Position numbers and translations under genes: made by a program
NCBI GenBank assembly: GCA_040143965.1
Contig: JASJQH010006939.1
Coordinates: 1 to 35,458 of the forward strand
DNA length: 35,458 nt
Source: Basidiobolus ranarum
Lineage: Eukaryota
Direction of reading: 5' to 3'
Notes under the pieces: generated by a model
Databases searched by the model: none
Seen by the model: the letters and a program-made list of their open reading frames with translations, nothing else
Told to the model about the DNA's origin: nothing
Shown here: piece after piece, positions 10,981 through 25,183 of the stretch
Layout: every line of letters begins with the position of its first letter
How positions within the stretch are numbered: position 1 is the first letter of the stretch

Positions 10981-13648
10981 TTATGTGCCATACTTGGCTT
11001 TGTAGAAAGAGGGTGGAAGTTTTTCCAAGATTGCGAACCATGGCCTCTCTACAACACACAGTGAGTCAGGACCAGTGAAGTCGAGGAACATAAGTGGTTG
11101 GTATTTGAACAAAGCTTGGAAGTTTTGTTCAAATTGCATCATTTTCTGACTGATAGGTTGGTTGGCTTCGAGTGTGAGTGCGGAGATTACCTTGGGATTG
11201 AAATTGGATTCTTCAATCTTCTTACGAACCTCCTTACCAATCTTGGACTGCTCCTTGGAGATTTCAATACGCTTACGTTTGGCGATGTTAATGATTGTAT
11301 CTTTCTCGACAGGTTTGCTTATGTCTACCATACACAGGTAGTTAGCACCCCAGAGTACGATGGTGTTTTTACGTGCAGGATTAAAGCTGACTCCCATAAT
11401 CTTCTCCTTGAGCTGCATGAACCGAGTGGGAAGGTTTTGAGAATATTGTCTAGACCAATCGGTTAATCTTTTGGCCTCGACGTCATACAAGTAAAATTCG
11501 TTGGAAGATAGCGGGACCACTAAGGTAGGTGAATGGGTGTGGAAATAAAGACCGGTGTGAACTGAAGTGAATTTAGGCAAGGTGCAATGATACTGAAGTG
11601 CGTCCAAATTGTAAACATAAATTCGGTTGAACAAATCTCCACTTGCCAACCACTGGCCATCCTCACTGACACTTAATGAAGAGATAGTACCAACTCTGGC
11701 ATCATCGTTCTGGCTGTCATCATCATCGGTCATCACTCCATCACCATGGTGCTGGCCAAAGGTACGAAGAATCTCGAAAGATCCATTCTCCCACTCGGCC
11801 AAATCGATGATCTTGATGTATGAATCAGTGGTAGCAACCACGAGCTTACTCGAGTCAGGTGTAAAGACAATGTTATGTGCACCTTTGTAGGGGTTGAGTC
11901 TGCTGGTAATGGCCTCTGAAGGGAAATTCTTAATCTTCTGAATTTTGACGACACCGGGGACACTAGGATCCTCAGTCAATCTGAAGAGCTTGATATTGTA
12001 AATATCGGAGACAGCAATCCACTGGCCATCTTCGGATATGGCGCTGGCAATGATGTGATTATCATCCTTGAGCTTGATTTCCAATAAAGTCTCTAGATTT
12101 TCAATCAAACCAAGATCCGTACCGATCTCCAGATTACCATATGGTTGCATGGGAGGCGCAGCCTTGCCAAGTCTCCAAACACGGACTGAGTTGGGGAAGC
12201 GGCACATCAATAGACGTTTAGATTTGGAAAGTGAGATTAGAGGTTTTTGAGGGAAGTAAGGAAGACGCCATTGGTACATGTTGGGGAATTCGGCGGCAGG
12301 ACAAACAACCAATTGTACATCAACACCACCAGATACCAAAGCATTAACAGGTCGACTCTCATCTAGTGCCAAAGCTTTAACATCATGTGAATGGTATCTA
12401 CGGGTACCAGCTAAAACCCATTTCATCTCGCCAGTCTGTTCAGCCTTTGAGGCATCTTTGCTAGAAGATTTCGAGTTACGACCTTTTCTATCTACAGGAG
12501 CGTAGTTGGAATTTTGAACAAGTCGGAACTGAATGACCTTTCTGTCTACACCTGAGGTAAAGATAGTATCACCTTCCTATAGGATTTTTACTTGTTAATA
12601 TGGAATCAAAAGTCGCAGAATTCTGACTATATCATACTAACCTCATTTGCAACAACACACAAAATATCTGCGGAGTGAGCGTTAAAGCTTTGAAGCATAG
12701 TACCCATCTCTCCGTCCCAGAATTTGACATGACCTAACGAGTCACCACTAACAATAGAGCCATTCCTAATAAAAGTAAAAAAGTAAGTCGTGACTACCAT
12801 TAAACTCTGTTGAGAAAATCTTAACATACTTGAGAACTTTAACAGCCCACACGAGTGTGTCCTCACGACCAAATCTTTCTACGGTCATACGGGAGGTTGG
12901 TCGACCTTGTTTAACATCCCACTTGCGGATACAACTATCAGCAGAACCAGTGACGATGATCTTGTCATCAGGGCTCCAAGCTAATGAAAGAATACGAGCT
13001 AACAAACGAAAAATGAATGAGTATAAATTAAATCCATATATCTGCAGAACCTAATATGTTACCTTTTTGTTTAACAAATGACCTTTCGAAGGATAAATCC
13101 CCATCTATTATATTGAAAATTCTAATGCAACCATCCTCACAACCAACTGCCAATTTAGTTCCTACATTGTTGACAGCCAAACACCATACTGCACCACCGT
13201 GTGAATCAATGGTTTGCTAGGATTACCAAAAAAAAGAGCATATCAAGTCAGTTACTCTGTTTACAAAGTTCATATTACAAATATCATTTTTAAGTACCTT
13301 GGGACAAAGTGTAGTAAGATCCCATTCGGTTATTAAAGAATTCAAACCGGCAGAAAAGAGTCTAGGAGACTCTGACAAAAGCTTTTTTTGTGCCTCAGCT
13401 TTCTCTTCGGGAGTATCATAGTCATCGTCACCCAAGACAGTTTGGTGAGCCCAGGTTAAAGCTTCAATATTGTAATTGGCACCACCTGGAATAATCTTCT
13501 CAAGATGCCAACTTTTTGGGTTCCATATTTCAACGTCTCCGCCAGCTCTAGCGCAAGCTAAAAGCGGCTTGGTGGATTTGGGAGTAAAAGTAAGCGCATT
13601 AATTGCAGCTGGAGTATAATCGACAAAACGACACCTGTGAACCTCCAT
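10981..13648 (-). CDS. UTP4: U3 snoRNA-associated protein 4 (Utp4/Cirhin), WD40; ~5 exons (13648-13298, 13217-13062, 12998-12830, 12767-12642, 12575-10981, approximate)
   Basis: Diagnostic N-terminus MEVHRCRFVDYTPAAINALTF; RLFSAG; IVSGDSLGHVKFWD; RRYHSHDVKAL; LVSGGVD; C-terminal YQPLMFLDF...VVERPW...LPPSFYKAKYGT. Confidence 0.95.
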
Positions 13649-14025
13649 ATTGAAATAGAGAGTAACTGGTGATAAAAAAGGAGTCTGCTGCTTATACACT
13701 AATATGAGATTTTTTTTATTTTTTCCAAGAAATTAGTGTATATACTGAATAAAATTTCAACTGATTTTACGTGATAATAGAACCTTGAACCAAATCCTTT
13801 TTTTTTCTTTTTTTTTCTCAACATAAACATTTCTTATTTATTATCCCACTTGGAATTCCCCCTTTTTTATTCTCGGATATCATTAAATGCGATAATTTAA
13901 TTTATCTAGTATTAGGCGAATGCAAATGATTTAATAGATTTATGAAATAATAGGAATGATGGTGATTTACATTGGCTAAAAGAAAATACACTCAAAAAAG
14001 ACATTCTAAAATAAGTGATCAATGA

Positions 14026-16041
14026 CTAAGAACGACGGAATTTCATCGCAACTTTGTGTTTTTGGGACATGTTAAGAACAGCTATGAATAAAGAAGTTTA
14101 GAGTTAAACTTGTTTGGCATATATTATATCTGCATGCTTACCATTCTTTCTGTTAACACGATCTCCGTAGAAATGTCCTCGTTTGAATTCCAGAACATCC
14201 TCTGGGACTGGCTTGATAAGTGTTTGGTTTGCTAAAGATACCACTTTGATGGATCTTATTCATTATCGATTAATATTCGATCAGTAACAATTTGAAAGTG
14301 CCTACAAATAGCTTACCCGATGTCTTTTTCGCCCTTGATTTTCTTGGGTTGTGGTTCGGCCTCAAAGTCATCTACTCTGATGTGCTTACCATGCTTGAGG
14401 GGTTTCTCAACTTGACTATAATAGTAAAGAATATCAGTTAGATCTTTATCGGCGTTTAATTTGCAAACTCGACTCAATTACTTGGTTTCCATATCAGCCA
14501 CCATCTCCAACATATCCAGTGGTAAGGTGGTAGGAATTTCTAAGGGTTTGGGTACTTCTTCTACTTCAATATCTACAGCAGGGAGCTTCTGTTGAGAGAT
14601 GCGATCTTTTTTGGCTGTCTTTTGTTGTTTCAACTTGGCGTCTGTCTCACGTCTCTTATTCTTGTGCTGATCAGCAAGTCTAAATAGAACAAGGTCAAAT
14701 AAAATTAAAAGAAACCATAGAATAAAATGTATTATTACTTCTGGGCTGCTTCACGTTCTTGTCTCTTGGTTTCCAATGCTTTAGTTTTACCCGAACTCAA
14801 CGAAATGGCCTCTGGTGCATCATCATCACTATCACTATCATCCGAAGCGGAGTCGTTTTGACTAGATATGGTATCAACTCTCGTGGGCTTTGAGATTATT
14901 GCGATCTCGTCTTCTTGCTCTTCTTCCGAGTTGGAGGTAGACTTGGCACTCTCTTCTCCTTCGGTAGCTTCACTATCCATCTCGTCCGAACTAGGATGGT
15001 CTTCAGGAGTATTTGCGTTGCCTTCGGTAGTAATCTCTACTGACATCAATGTTTGAGTATTACCCACTTTCTTGGCTTTTGAAGGCGAAGCAAGGATAGT
15101 ATCAGGTAAAGCAGTACGGGTTTTCTTCGATATTAAAAATATAAGATTTAGATATTTGTGTTAAAATAAATAATGATAAAATTGCAGAGTTTATCACATA
15201 CCTTGGTAGAAGGTTTTGCCTCGGGAGTGCCGGGCTTGAAGGGACTTTTAACATCTAAAGGTATAGTTCTATTATCACCTAACGAAGCCTCCACTGATGC
15301 TTCGACGTTTTCATCTCCATCACTGTCTTCTTGGCCCTGTACAAGGTCCTCGAAAAGATTTCTTTTGGGTGTTTTTTCTTTTTTTCCTCGGGCAACCGGC
15401 GCAGGTGTTTCCATGGTAGCAGCTTTTCTACTTTTTTTACTAGAAATGGGAGTTTGGGCGGACAAGGGCTCAGCTACAGTGGGACGAGGTTCTGTCTTAC
15501 GAGCCCGGCTACGAAGGCGCTTGACAAGCGGAGGGGATGTTAATTGAGGAGTTGTAACTGTAGTTTTCTCAGGTTCCTCCGACGCTTCGTTATCTTCAAT
15601 CGTTTCGGCTTGTTCAGTTACCTCTACCTGGACGGTTAACTCCTGGGAGGAATCTTGATTTTCTGTAACCATCTGTTCTTTTGCTTTTTTAGATGACTTT
15701 CCTCTAGGGCGTACAGTGGTTTTTGGTGTGTCTATAGTAGACATGATAACATCTTCAGACACCCTTTTAATAGGTTGTGTTTTGGCTCTACTAGCAGGAG
15801 CATTTCTGGTTTTCTTAGCGATGGGAGTACTATATTCTTCTTTATTAGGAGTTAACTTATCCTTAGGCAACGGAGTTTTTGACTCCTTACTAGGTGAAGC
15901 AGGTTCTTCGACAGGTCTTTCGTTCTTACGAATACGACTACGAAGACGCGAAGAGACCGGAGGAGAGGTGAAATTTCTCAGACCAGTTTTTGGAGTAGAA
16001 GGGATCTCACCTTTAGTTTTACGGGGGGTTGCCGGAGCCAT
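14026..16041 (-). CDS. Bud21/Utp16/NOL7-like nucleolar protein, copy A, with long low-complexity N-terminus (6 exons)
   Basis: SDSDDDAPEAISLSSGK followed by a basic coiled coil (EREAAQK|LADQHKNKRRETDAKLKQQK), LPLDMLE and C-terminal IKVVSL...VLEFKRGHFYGDRVNRKN|AVLNMSQKHKVAMKFRRS*. The gene model is well supported by paralog B. The family label rests on the recalled DDxAPExVS motif only. Confidence 0.6.
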
Positions 16042-17401
16042 ATAAGTTCTTTTCAGTGGTATATTTCGAAGTTTTCTAAACCAAAAAGAATATAAAGTAA
16101 TAAGGAAACAAGTTTCTATTGTATTTTTGGAATAATTTAATACGGAAAAAGAAAGAACCGAAGTGTTACCCGCTAAACTCTACTAAAGATCTCTATGAAA
16201 CACGAAAAGTAACCTTTGGAAAAGTTCACTTGATTTCTTCTGGAGGGTATTTTACTTACTCTTCACATACTTGATCAATATCTTGATGTGGATTTTTTTT
16301 TAATTCTTGATTAAATATATGCATGTTTCAGTGATTGGAGGTGTAATAAATCATTTCCAATACAAATTACATATAGAGCATCAGAAACGAATGAGACGTG
16401 AGTTAGTGTGGGTGGATGGGCATGGGCATGGACATGGAGAGCGAGAAGTGCTTGTGGATATAATAGACATGAGACAAGGGGTTACTATATGCTTTGTTGG
16501 TCAGAGTGGGGAGTAACAGTAAAGAAAACTTAATGTATTGGACTTGGTATCGGGATGCTAATCGATTTCTTTGCTTCACTTTGCGCGTATTAAACATGAC
16601 TTTTGGAACGGCTCTCTGAATGTTACCAAGCTTGTAATACTCTCACTGTACTGTTGCCAATTATCAAGAGAGAGCTTGCAACACCAACCACGGTTCAGTT
16701 TACAATCACGATGGAAGCAATAAATGGAGAAAGCACTGTCCCAAAGCCGATGAAGTCTACATATCCCATGACCAAATAGATCCAGATTTACTGTTGATGT
16801 GTAGGTAACGGATAGGTGGCGCCTGGATTCAAACCCGCGACCTTATTTTAATACAGTAACTGAAAATCGCCAGAACTAAGTTAGATGGAATTGGAATCTT
16901 TACTTGGGCCATGGATAGGTGATTGGCCAGGATGTAGATCCAGTAGTATCAAGATAGTGTGTAGAAAGCATTATGCTCTCGCTCAATGAGTTGTCTGAAT
17001 GCTCCCATTCAATGATAAACACATGTAACATCAATAGATTGAATGCTTATTGTTAAATTGGATATCTATTTGCACCGCACCTTCACGTCTACTACATTAA
17101 TCCATTGGTTTTACATCAACTATTGAAGCCGAGTGCAAGTGCCCCTTCAATTGAATGGATTTTATATCATTCTATATATATATACATTCTTCCAGCCCAT
17201 ACCAAAGATGATATCACTCAATGTGATACTTTATCAAACGATATTTGTACAGATATGAATCAGTTTATTCCTGAAAAACCAATCAATCAATCAAATGAAG
17301 AGTCGGAGCATGTATGTTCATCCGATATGTCGCAGCTTATTTCTCTTATTTCTCATAATCCTGCTTCTATTCTAGAAACTCTTATTTGTCCTGTGAAATA
17401 G

Positions 17402-17911
<510 letters not shown>

Positions 17912-19136
17912 ACTCCTCACTTGAATTGTTAATTTTTTTTATTGTTTTGCTTATTACTAGTTTGTACCCACAAATGTAGTGAGTGAAATTTTCTTTAGTA
18001 TTGTCATTGTTTTTTTTTCATTTGCTATTTTACGTGTATAATTTTTCGTGTTTCTTGAATAGCCTTTAGTTCAATTTAGAAATAAAGACATAATCAAAAC
18101 CAAATGAATTCGCCAAGGAATACTTTCACATCATTTATTTAACATGCAAGAAGATTCTTAATTGTTAGTAAATGCATGAACTATCGTATATTAAGTATGG
18201 GATTCATCTGTAACAAATGAGGGGGGCAGTTTGAAACGCTTTGCATTTGACCAAGAGAATATGAATCTTGATAGAGAACAATATCAGATGACTTGAATCA
18301 CCCAGATAATATAAAGACGCGTATAAGTGATGAACACCTGACCAATGAAGTATATCTCAACAAGGAATTTCATCAACTTTAGTTTTACCTAACCATTAGA
18401 TTAGAATAACCTAACTCTAACCCTGACCCTGACCACTCCTCCCACCTTCACTCTCGCTCTCATCAGTGGCACAAGCCTCGATTGCTTATCTTTTCCAAAT
18501 AGATGATTTTCTTGTTTCGATATTTGCCTTCACTTCCCCTCACCTTGGAGTCATTTACATAGTTTGAACGAATATTAGCTGACGTGAGATCTATTAATTT
18601 CCAATCCAAATGAAGACTGTGTGATCTAGCCTGGCCTCATATTAGTTTACTCATTAAAGTATGTGTGACATTTGGTTTGCATACTATTGATGATACTAGT
18701 ATTAACCTTTAATATTAACCAATACAAGGAGTATTTTCAGTTAGGTAAGGAGATGTAAGGATTGCTTTGGAGCAACATAACAAGGTTTTATTTTCATATC
18801 ATACTAAATTATGCAAACAACCAAAAGATACTTAACAACCAGATAGTTCATATTTATCGTAAAGTACTTTTACAATTCCAGGTGAGAAGACTGGTGAAAA
18901 TTGGTGACAATGGTTTGCTCTACCCGGAAATTTGTTTAATGTATGGGGTCATCCTAGGTCAAGAACCTAGGTAAAGAACAAGCAAAGATTTACAAATAAG
19001 TTGGATATAAAGAACACCAGCCAAGGTGATTACATTAAAGCTTGGCAGATATGAAAGAGAACGGGTATAGGCTATAATAGAATGGAGGTCATCTTGATTC
19101 GGTGGATCAGGTGATCAAGTGAATGGATAACATATT

Positions 19137-20816
19137 CTAAGAGCGACGAAATTTAACGGCTACATTGCGTTTTTGTGACACATTGAGGACGGCTATATTG
19201 AATGGTGTGTTAGTGGACTGTAATGTATTCGAGAGAAGTTCTTTTAAATAACTCACCGTTCTTTCTGTTGACACGACTTCCAAAGAAATGGTTTGACTTG
19301 AAATCCGAGATAGACTCTGGGATAAGTTTCGCCTTGGGCTGACTTGTCAAGGAAATGACCTTGATAGCGCTGAATACTCTTGGTTAGTAAAATTCAGGGG
19401 TGCTGTGTTATATCTAATGAGCTTACCCGAATGTCTTTTCACCCTTGATTTTCTTGGATTTGGGCACATCATCCTCGAGGTCAATTTCATCTAATTGGAT
19501 GTGATTACGCTTTTTGGAAGGTCTAATACATTGGGAAGATTAGTAAATATCACAAGCAGACTAGCCATGATAAATAGTACTAACTTTTCGTCCATATCGG
19601 CAACCATCTCCAACATGTCAAGGGGTAATGTGGTTGGGATTTCGAGAGGCTTTGGTACTTCCACTTCTTCAACTTCAATCAAAGGAAGAGGCTTCTTAGC
19701 GCTGCGGTCCTTCTTTGCGGCCTTTTGCTCCTTCAACTTGGAGTCAGCCTCACGTCTCTTTTGTTTCTGCTGATCAGCAATCCTAATTGGCAAGCACGTT
19801 ACTAAAGTGAATGATGATAGACAAAACATATAGTCCCAACATACTTTTGGATGGCTTCACGTTCTTGTTTCTTAGCTTGAAGAGCCATAGATTTACCGGA
19901 ACTCAAAGAAACGGCTTCTGGAGCGTCATCATCACTATCACTCTCTTCAGAATCAGATGGTTCATTGGTTTCTTTAGAAATTTCAACATCCTCCTCTTTC
20001 TCTTCCTCTTCACTTTCAGAGTTTGACTGATTTTCATTCACACTTTCCTCAGGCTCGTCAGCAGATTCGTTCTCACTTGCGCTGGCTTCAAACATGTTGA
20101 CTTCTTCCTTTGATTGAGACTTTACTGGATTGACGGATTTTTTAACTGACCAAAGATTTTTGGCATGCTAAACGAGTAAAATACGAATTAAGAATTATTA
20201 TGATAAAACGAGAAATCTCATGAAATCACGACACTACCTTAGAATCGTTAGAGATAGGGGATTTTGATGAGTCCTCACTTTCAACTTTTTGTAAAGATTT
20301 CAAAAGATTCTTTTGAATACCTTTAGTGACCACTGGTGTTTCCGAATTCACCTCTTTGTTATTTTGAATGGTAGTAACTGGTGTATCAACGGATTTTCTT
20401 CCACCTCTTACTTCCGATTTTTTGTGACTACGTAAACGTTTAACCAAAGGAGGGGAGACAAGAGTAGGTGTTTCTGGTGATTCATCGGTGGGAATATTCT
20501 TGATATCTACTGCTTCGATCACCTCTTCGGTTTTCTTGGTTGATTTTTGTGATTTACGAGCGGTAGTTTTAGGGGTTTTAATTACCGTTTCCACTTGTTC
20601 ACTAACTCTCTTAACGGGTAGTGTTTTAGAAGGAGATACATGGGGGTTCTGTTTCGATAATGGGGTAAGAGTTTCTGATGGTTCTACTCTGACGGACCTT
20701 CTATTTCTACTGCGTAAACGTGAAGAAACTGGAGGTGAAACCAAAGTTGGTAGACCAGTTTTAGGAGTTCCAAAGTGATTTTCCGAAGATGTCTTACGTG
20801 GGGTTTTGGATGGCAT
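19137..20816 (-). CDS. Bud21/Utp16/NOL7-like nucleolar protein, copy B (paralog of 14026-16041; 6 exons)
   Basis: MPSKTPRK...SPPVSSRLRSR...SPPLVKRLRS...DSDDDAPEAVSLSSGK...KRREADSKLKEQK...EVPKPLEIPTTLPLDMLEMVADM...AVLNVSQKRNVAVKFRRS*. Intron positions match copy A. Confidence 0.6.
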
Positions 20817-21431
20817 AATGACTAATATTACTTGATTCCAATTGAATTCCAATCTATAGGTCTAATTTGATATGATTTCGTACAAGAATATCTATATATT
20901 CAATCCCTTTTTATAATAGATACAGTAAAATTTCCTCTCTTTCGAAAGTGAAGAAAGTGAATTTTCTCTTGGGTTGAACGTTTCTTCGAGTGAGAAGGAA
21001 ACGAATGTTGTTGAAAGTGAATAATTCATTCATCAATTTTCTTAATTCTTTTTTTTTTCTCCGATTTTCTTGTTTTCTTTCTTCTGTAATTTCTAATTTG
21101 GCTTCGTTGGTGGGATTTTTTTTCCGTGACTTGGAATATTTTACGAAACCTTTTTTTTTTCTTTTCGAAATTCCCTTGGCTTTTTTTCCCTGGTTCGTGA
21201 TTTAACATTTGTAAGTGCATGATTAAGTAATTATGCGTTGATTGGTGATCTTTGGTTAATACTAGTTTAATTTCATGAGATTGCGAACTAAATAATATTA
21301 ATTTGGTTAACACTTAATGATAAGCGGGGATAAAAGAGAGGAGTATGTTAATGACTAGGTAGTGCAACTAAATTTACAGTGGAATCGTACTCTTAGTTGT
21401 ATCAATGATCGTTTTGCTTCCCTGATGGTGT

Positions 21432-23922
21432 TCACTTGTTGACAACTGACATTTGATTTAAAGCTGAACCTGCTTTGAACCAATCGATTTGATTTTCGTT
21501 GAATGTGTGATTCACTGGAATCTCGAGTGTTTCCCCATTATCACGTTGAATACGAAGAGTCAACGGCTTTCCTGGAGTAAAGTCCGTAAGACCAACGATG
21601 GCGATGTTATCTGAAGGCTTAATCTTGTCATAATCTGTGGGATTCGCAAAAGTCAAAGGAAGAACACCTTGCTTCTTTAAATTGGTTTCGTGAATGCGAG
21701 CGAAAGACTTGGTAATAACTGCAATACCCCCCAAGTGACGAACTTCAAGAGCTGCATGTTCTCGAGAAGATCCCTCTCCATAATTTTCATCCCCGATGAC
21801 AACCCATTTAATTCCTTTGGCCTTGTAATCTCTAGCCACCGCAGGGACTGCATCATATTTACCAGTCAGCTTATTTTTGATCTTGTTTGCCTCACCATTT
21901 TCCGAATTAATCGCACCAATCAACATATTGTTTGAAATATTATCCAAGTGACCGCGATATTTGAGCCAAGGACCAGCCATGGAGATATGATCGGTGGTAC
22001 ACTTACCTTTAACCTTGATCAGAACGGGAAGGTTCTCAGGATCTTTTCCATCCCATTGGGAGAAAGCCTCCAAAAGTTGTAAGCGTTTACTGTTAGGGTT
22101 GACACTCACCGAGACAGAATTCTTGTCTTGAGGTGGGGCTTGGTAAGTATCCTCACCAGGTTCGTACCCACGAACTGGAAGTTCATCACCATATGGAGGG
22201 GTAAATTGGAATTGTTTACCATCAGAACCGGTAAGTTTATCAGTCAAGGGATTGAATCGAAGATCGCCAGCGAAACTCATAGCAGTAACAATCTCCGGTG
22301 AGGCTACAAAGGCGTGGGTGGCTGGGTTACCATCATTTCTACCGGTAAAATTTCTATTATAGGATGTGATGATCGAGTTCTTTTCTCCTTGTTTTACATC
22401 TTTACGATCCCATTGACCGATGCATGGACCACAAGCATTAGCAAGAACAGTGCCTCCAGCCTTGTCAAATACATCTATTAATCCATCACGAGTGATTGTA
22501 GCACGAATTTGTTCAGAACCGGGGGTAATGGTAAATTTAGATTTAACTTGGAGACCGTGGTCAAGTGCTTCTTGAGCAAGAGATGCTGAGCGAGACATAT
22601 CTTCGTAAGAGGAATTGGTACATGAACCAATAAGACCAACTTTGATCTCAGCAGGCCAGGCATGGTCCTCAACTGCATCTTTGAATTTGCTTATAGGTGT
22701 GGCAAGATCGGGAGTGAAAGGACCATTTACATGTGGCTCTAGCTCAGACAGGTTGATTTCAATAACTTGGTCGTAGTTGGCATTCTTATCAGCTTTAAGA
22801 TTGTAAGCAAACTGGTCAGAAGCTCTAGCAATTTGGTCGCGCCTAGTTGCACGAAGATAATCTCCCATACGCTTATTATAAGGAAATACTGAGGTAGTAG
22901 CCCCAATTTCAGCACCCATATTGCATATAGTGGCCATACCTGTGCAAGACAAGCTCTCGACGCCCGGTCCGAAGTATTCGACTATAGCGCCAGTTCCACC
23001 CTTAACCGTCAAAATGCCAGCTACTTTAAGGATAACATCCTTCGGAGAGGTCCATCCACTGATCGCACCAGTCAATTTAACACCAATAACCTTGGGGCAT
23101 TTCAATTCCCAAGGGATATCAGCCATAACGTCAACAGCGTCGGCACCCCCAACACCAATGGCACACATACCAAGACCACCAGCGTTGGGAGTGTGAGAGT
23201 CAGTACCGATCATAAGGCCACCAGGAAAAGCATAGTTTTCAAGTATAATCTGATGAATAATACCTGATCCTGGTTTCCAAAAACCCAGCCCATATTTGGC
23301 GGTACAGGTAGCCAAGAAGTCATAAACTTCCTTATTGATATCTTTGGCTCTGGCCAAATCTTCCTCACCTCCAATTTGGGCTTCAATCAAATGATCACAG
23401 TGAACAGTGGATGGAACAGCTACGTTAGGGAGTCCAGCAGACATAAATTGTAATAGAGCCATTTGAGCGGTGGCATCCTGACAAGCGACACGATCCGGTC
23501 TAAGTTTAAGGTAACTCGTACCACGTTCAATATCTTGACTCTTTGCGTCATCCAAATGACCATAGACAATCTTTTCAGCAAGAGTGAGAGGATGATTCAA
23601 ACTAAAAGCATGGCGATTGGTATGTTGTAGCGCATGATATCCATTTGTTAGTTGAGTTTTAAGAACTTACCGTTTTCTAATAACAGATAGATTATCCTCG
23701 ATTCTCTGATAGTTGATATATTTATCTTTCTCCAGGTTTGACATGGAGATCTTTTGAGGTACAGTGCCACCGACAGCTGTAGCCAGGGTTCTTGTTGAAG
23801 CCACCTTGCGAACAGCGGGGGAAAGGTTCTGTAAATAAAATAACTTGGTTAAATGTGATATTATCGCATATATAGATGATGTAATGACATACTCTTGCAG
23901 CGCGAGTGAATGATAACACCAT
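21432..23922 (-). CDS. ACO1: Mitochondrial aconitate hydratase (3 exons: 23922-23893, 23828-23671, 23601-21432)
   Basis: Presequence [72 protein letters not shown] (three Fe-S Cys ligands), [19 protein letters not shown]. Confidence 0.98.
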
Positions 23923-25183
23923 TGTAGCGATAAGTAAAAGTGGGAATCAATGAAGCTTTGTCGGTAGTAGTACGGGGAAGCAGGGTATTTGTATGTTTTT
24001 GTTGCCCCATACACAGACCAATCACTCAAATACTCTTGACAAGAATACGATTTGTGACGTGATGAATACCCCAAGTCACGGGTAAAATGATTGAATTAAC
24101 TTCGTTGTGTGGATACTTTAATATGAGGATTGGAATCAATGAATGGTTATCAATAGAACCTCTATACTGTAAACCTGGGCAAGGTATTTCATTATCCAGC
24201 TGTCCAGCTGATAAAGTGACTGTATAAAGAATGGTAAAATCACATGGAGGGCAAATCATCGAAATAGGAAATGGTTTTGCCTATTACTACGGTCAGCTCG
24301 ATTAGGAAGGGGTTAAGCGTTTTGTTTGCTCAACCCTTACCTATTTGGACTCCGCTTGAATTAGGAAACCAAGCTCATCTGTTCTGGGCCACTAGTCATT
24401 CGATTTATCATGCAATTCCACATAATTGTTTCAACGCGAGACATGACTTTGCACAAGTGCAAGGTCGGTGAAGGGGTGATTTTTGTCACCTTCCGTTGGA
24501 ATAATCTAAACAAATATGAATGTATGCTCACAATTCATAAGGTCAATTTGCTGCTATTAATGTCCACCAGACTTTCAATATTCTAAATGCTCAATGGGAG
24601 CCCCGCATAATTAGTCATGGTGGGAAGATATCCTGCTTGGATGTACTGTCTCGGATACGGTAAGTGAGTGTGTAAGTATTGAAATAATGTAGTAACGCAT
24701 GCATCGATGCTAATCAAGTCCAAAATAATATCAGTAATCAAGAATCCAGTACCATCAAAGGAACTCTGCTCAACTCTAGAGATTTTCTGCGCATCTCAGT
24801 TTATGCACATCACTTTTTACACTACTCAATAAAGCAAGGGCAGTCCATTCAATATCCTTGAATACTACAATCGTTTAAGGGTATATCATAGTGAATCCGA
24901 AAGTAATACAAAATGCATAGTTGATCGAGTTCAGCTTATTTAATCAAAAAATTCGAAGCTTACTCGCTTAAGCATTGTATATCTATAGGATAAAGACAAG
25001 ACTATCTTTGAAAGATCATGAAGTGGGTATATAGCTGACAATATGAGAAAAGTTCAGCAAGGAAGGCGATAGGTAGTGGGCTATGCACAATTGGTTTAGC
25101 ACTGGACTATCATCTCGTAGACATTAACATGACAAACAAGTTATCGTTAAAGTGTAAAGTCATATGTGAAGGATGGTGAACTT

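Noticed and set aside
16850-16875. TTCA on the minus strand in the tRNA-like element as a possible tRNA-Sec anticodon
   Set aside because: No anticodon stem, long variable arm or acceptor pairing, and no in-frame TGA is needed in any gene here.
17912-18100. Metazoan-type histone 3' stem-loop
   Set aside because: Not present; T-rich UTR with AATAAA at ~18081 suggests ordinary polyadenylation.
18762-19065. Coding-looking stretch between H3 and paralog B
   Set aside because: Stops in the frames I translated and no recognisable homology.
20990-21313. Phe-rich and Lys-rich ORFs
   Set aside because: Artefacts of poly-T tracts in the paralog B promoter region.
23923-24000. Iron-responsive element in the aconitase 5' leader
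   Set aside because: No CAGUGN-loop hairpin on the coding strand.
24695-24795. ACGCATGCAT and TGCGCAT upstream of ACO1 as NRF1 sites
   Set aside because: Only partial or half matches to GCGCATGCGC; similar half-sites occur at ~4764 and ~7295, so not evidence.
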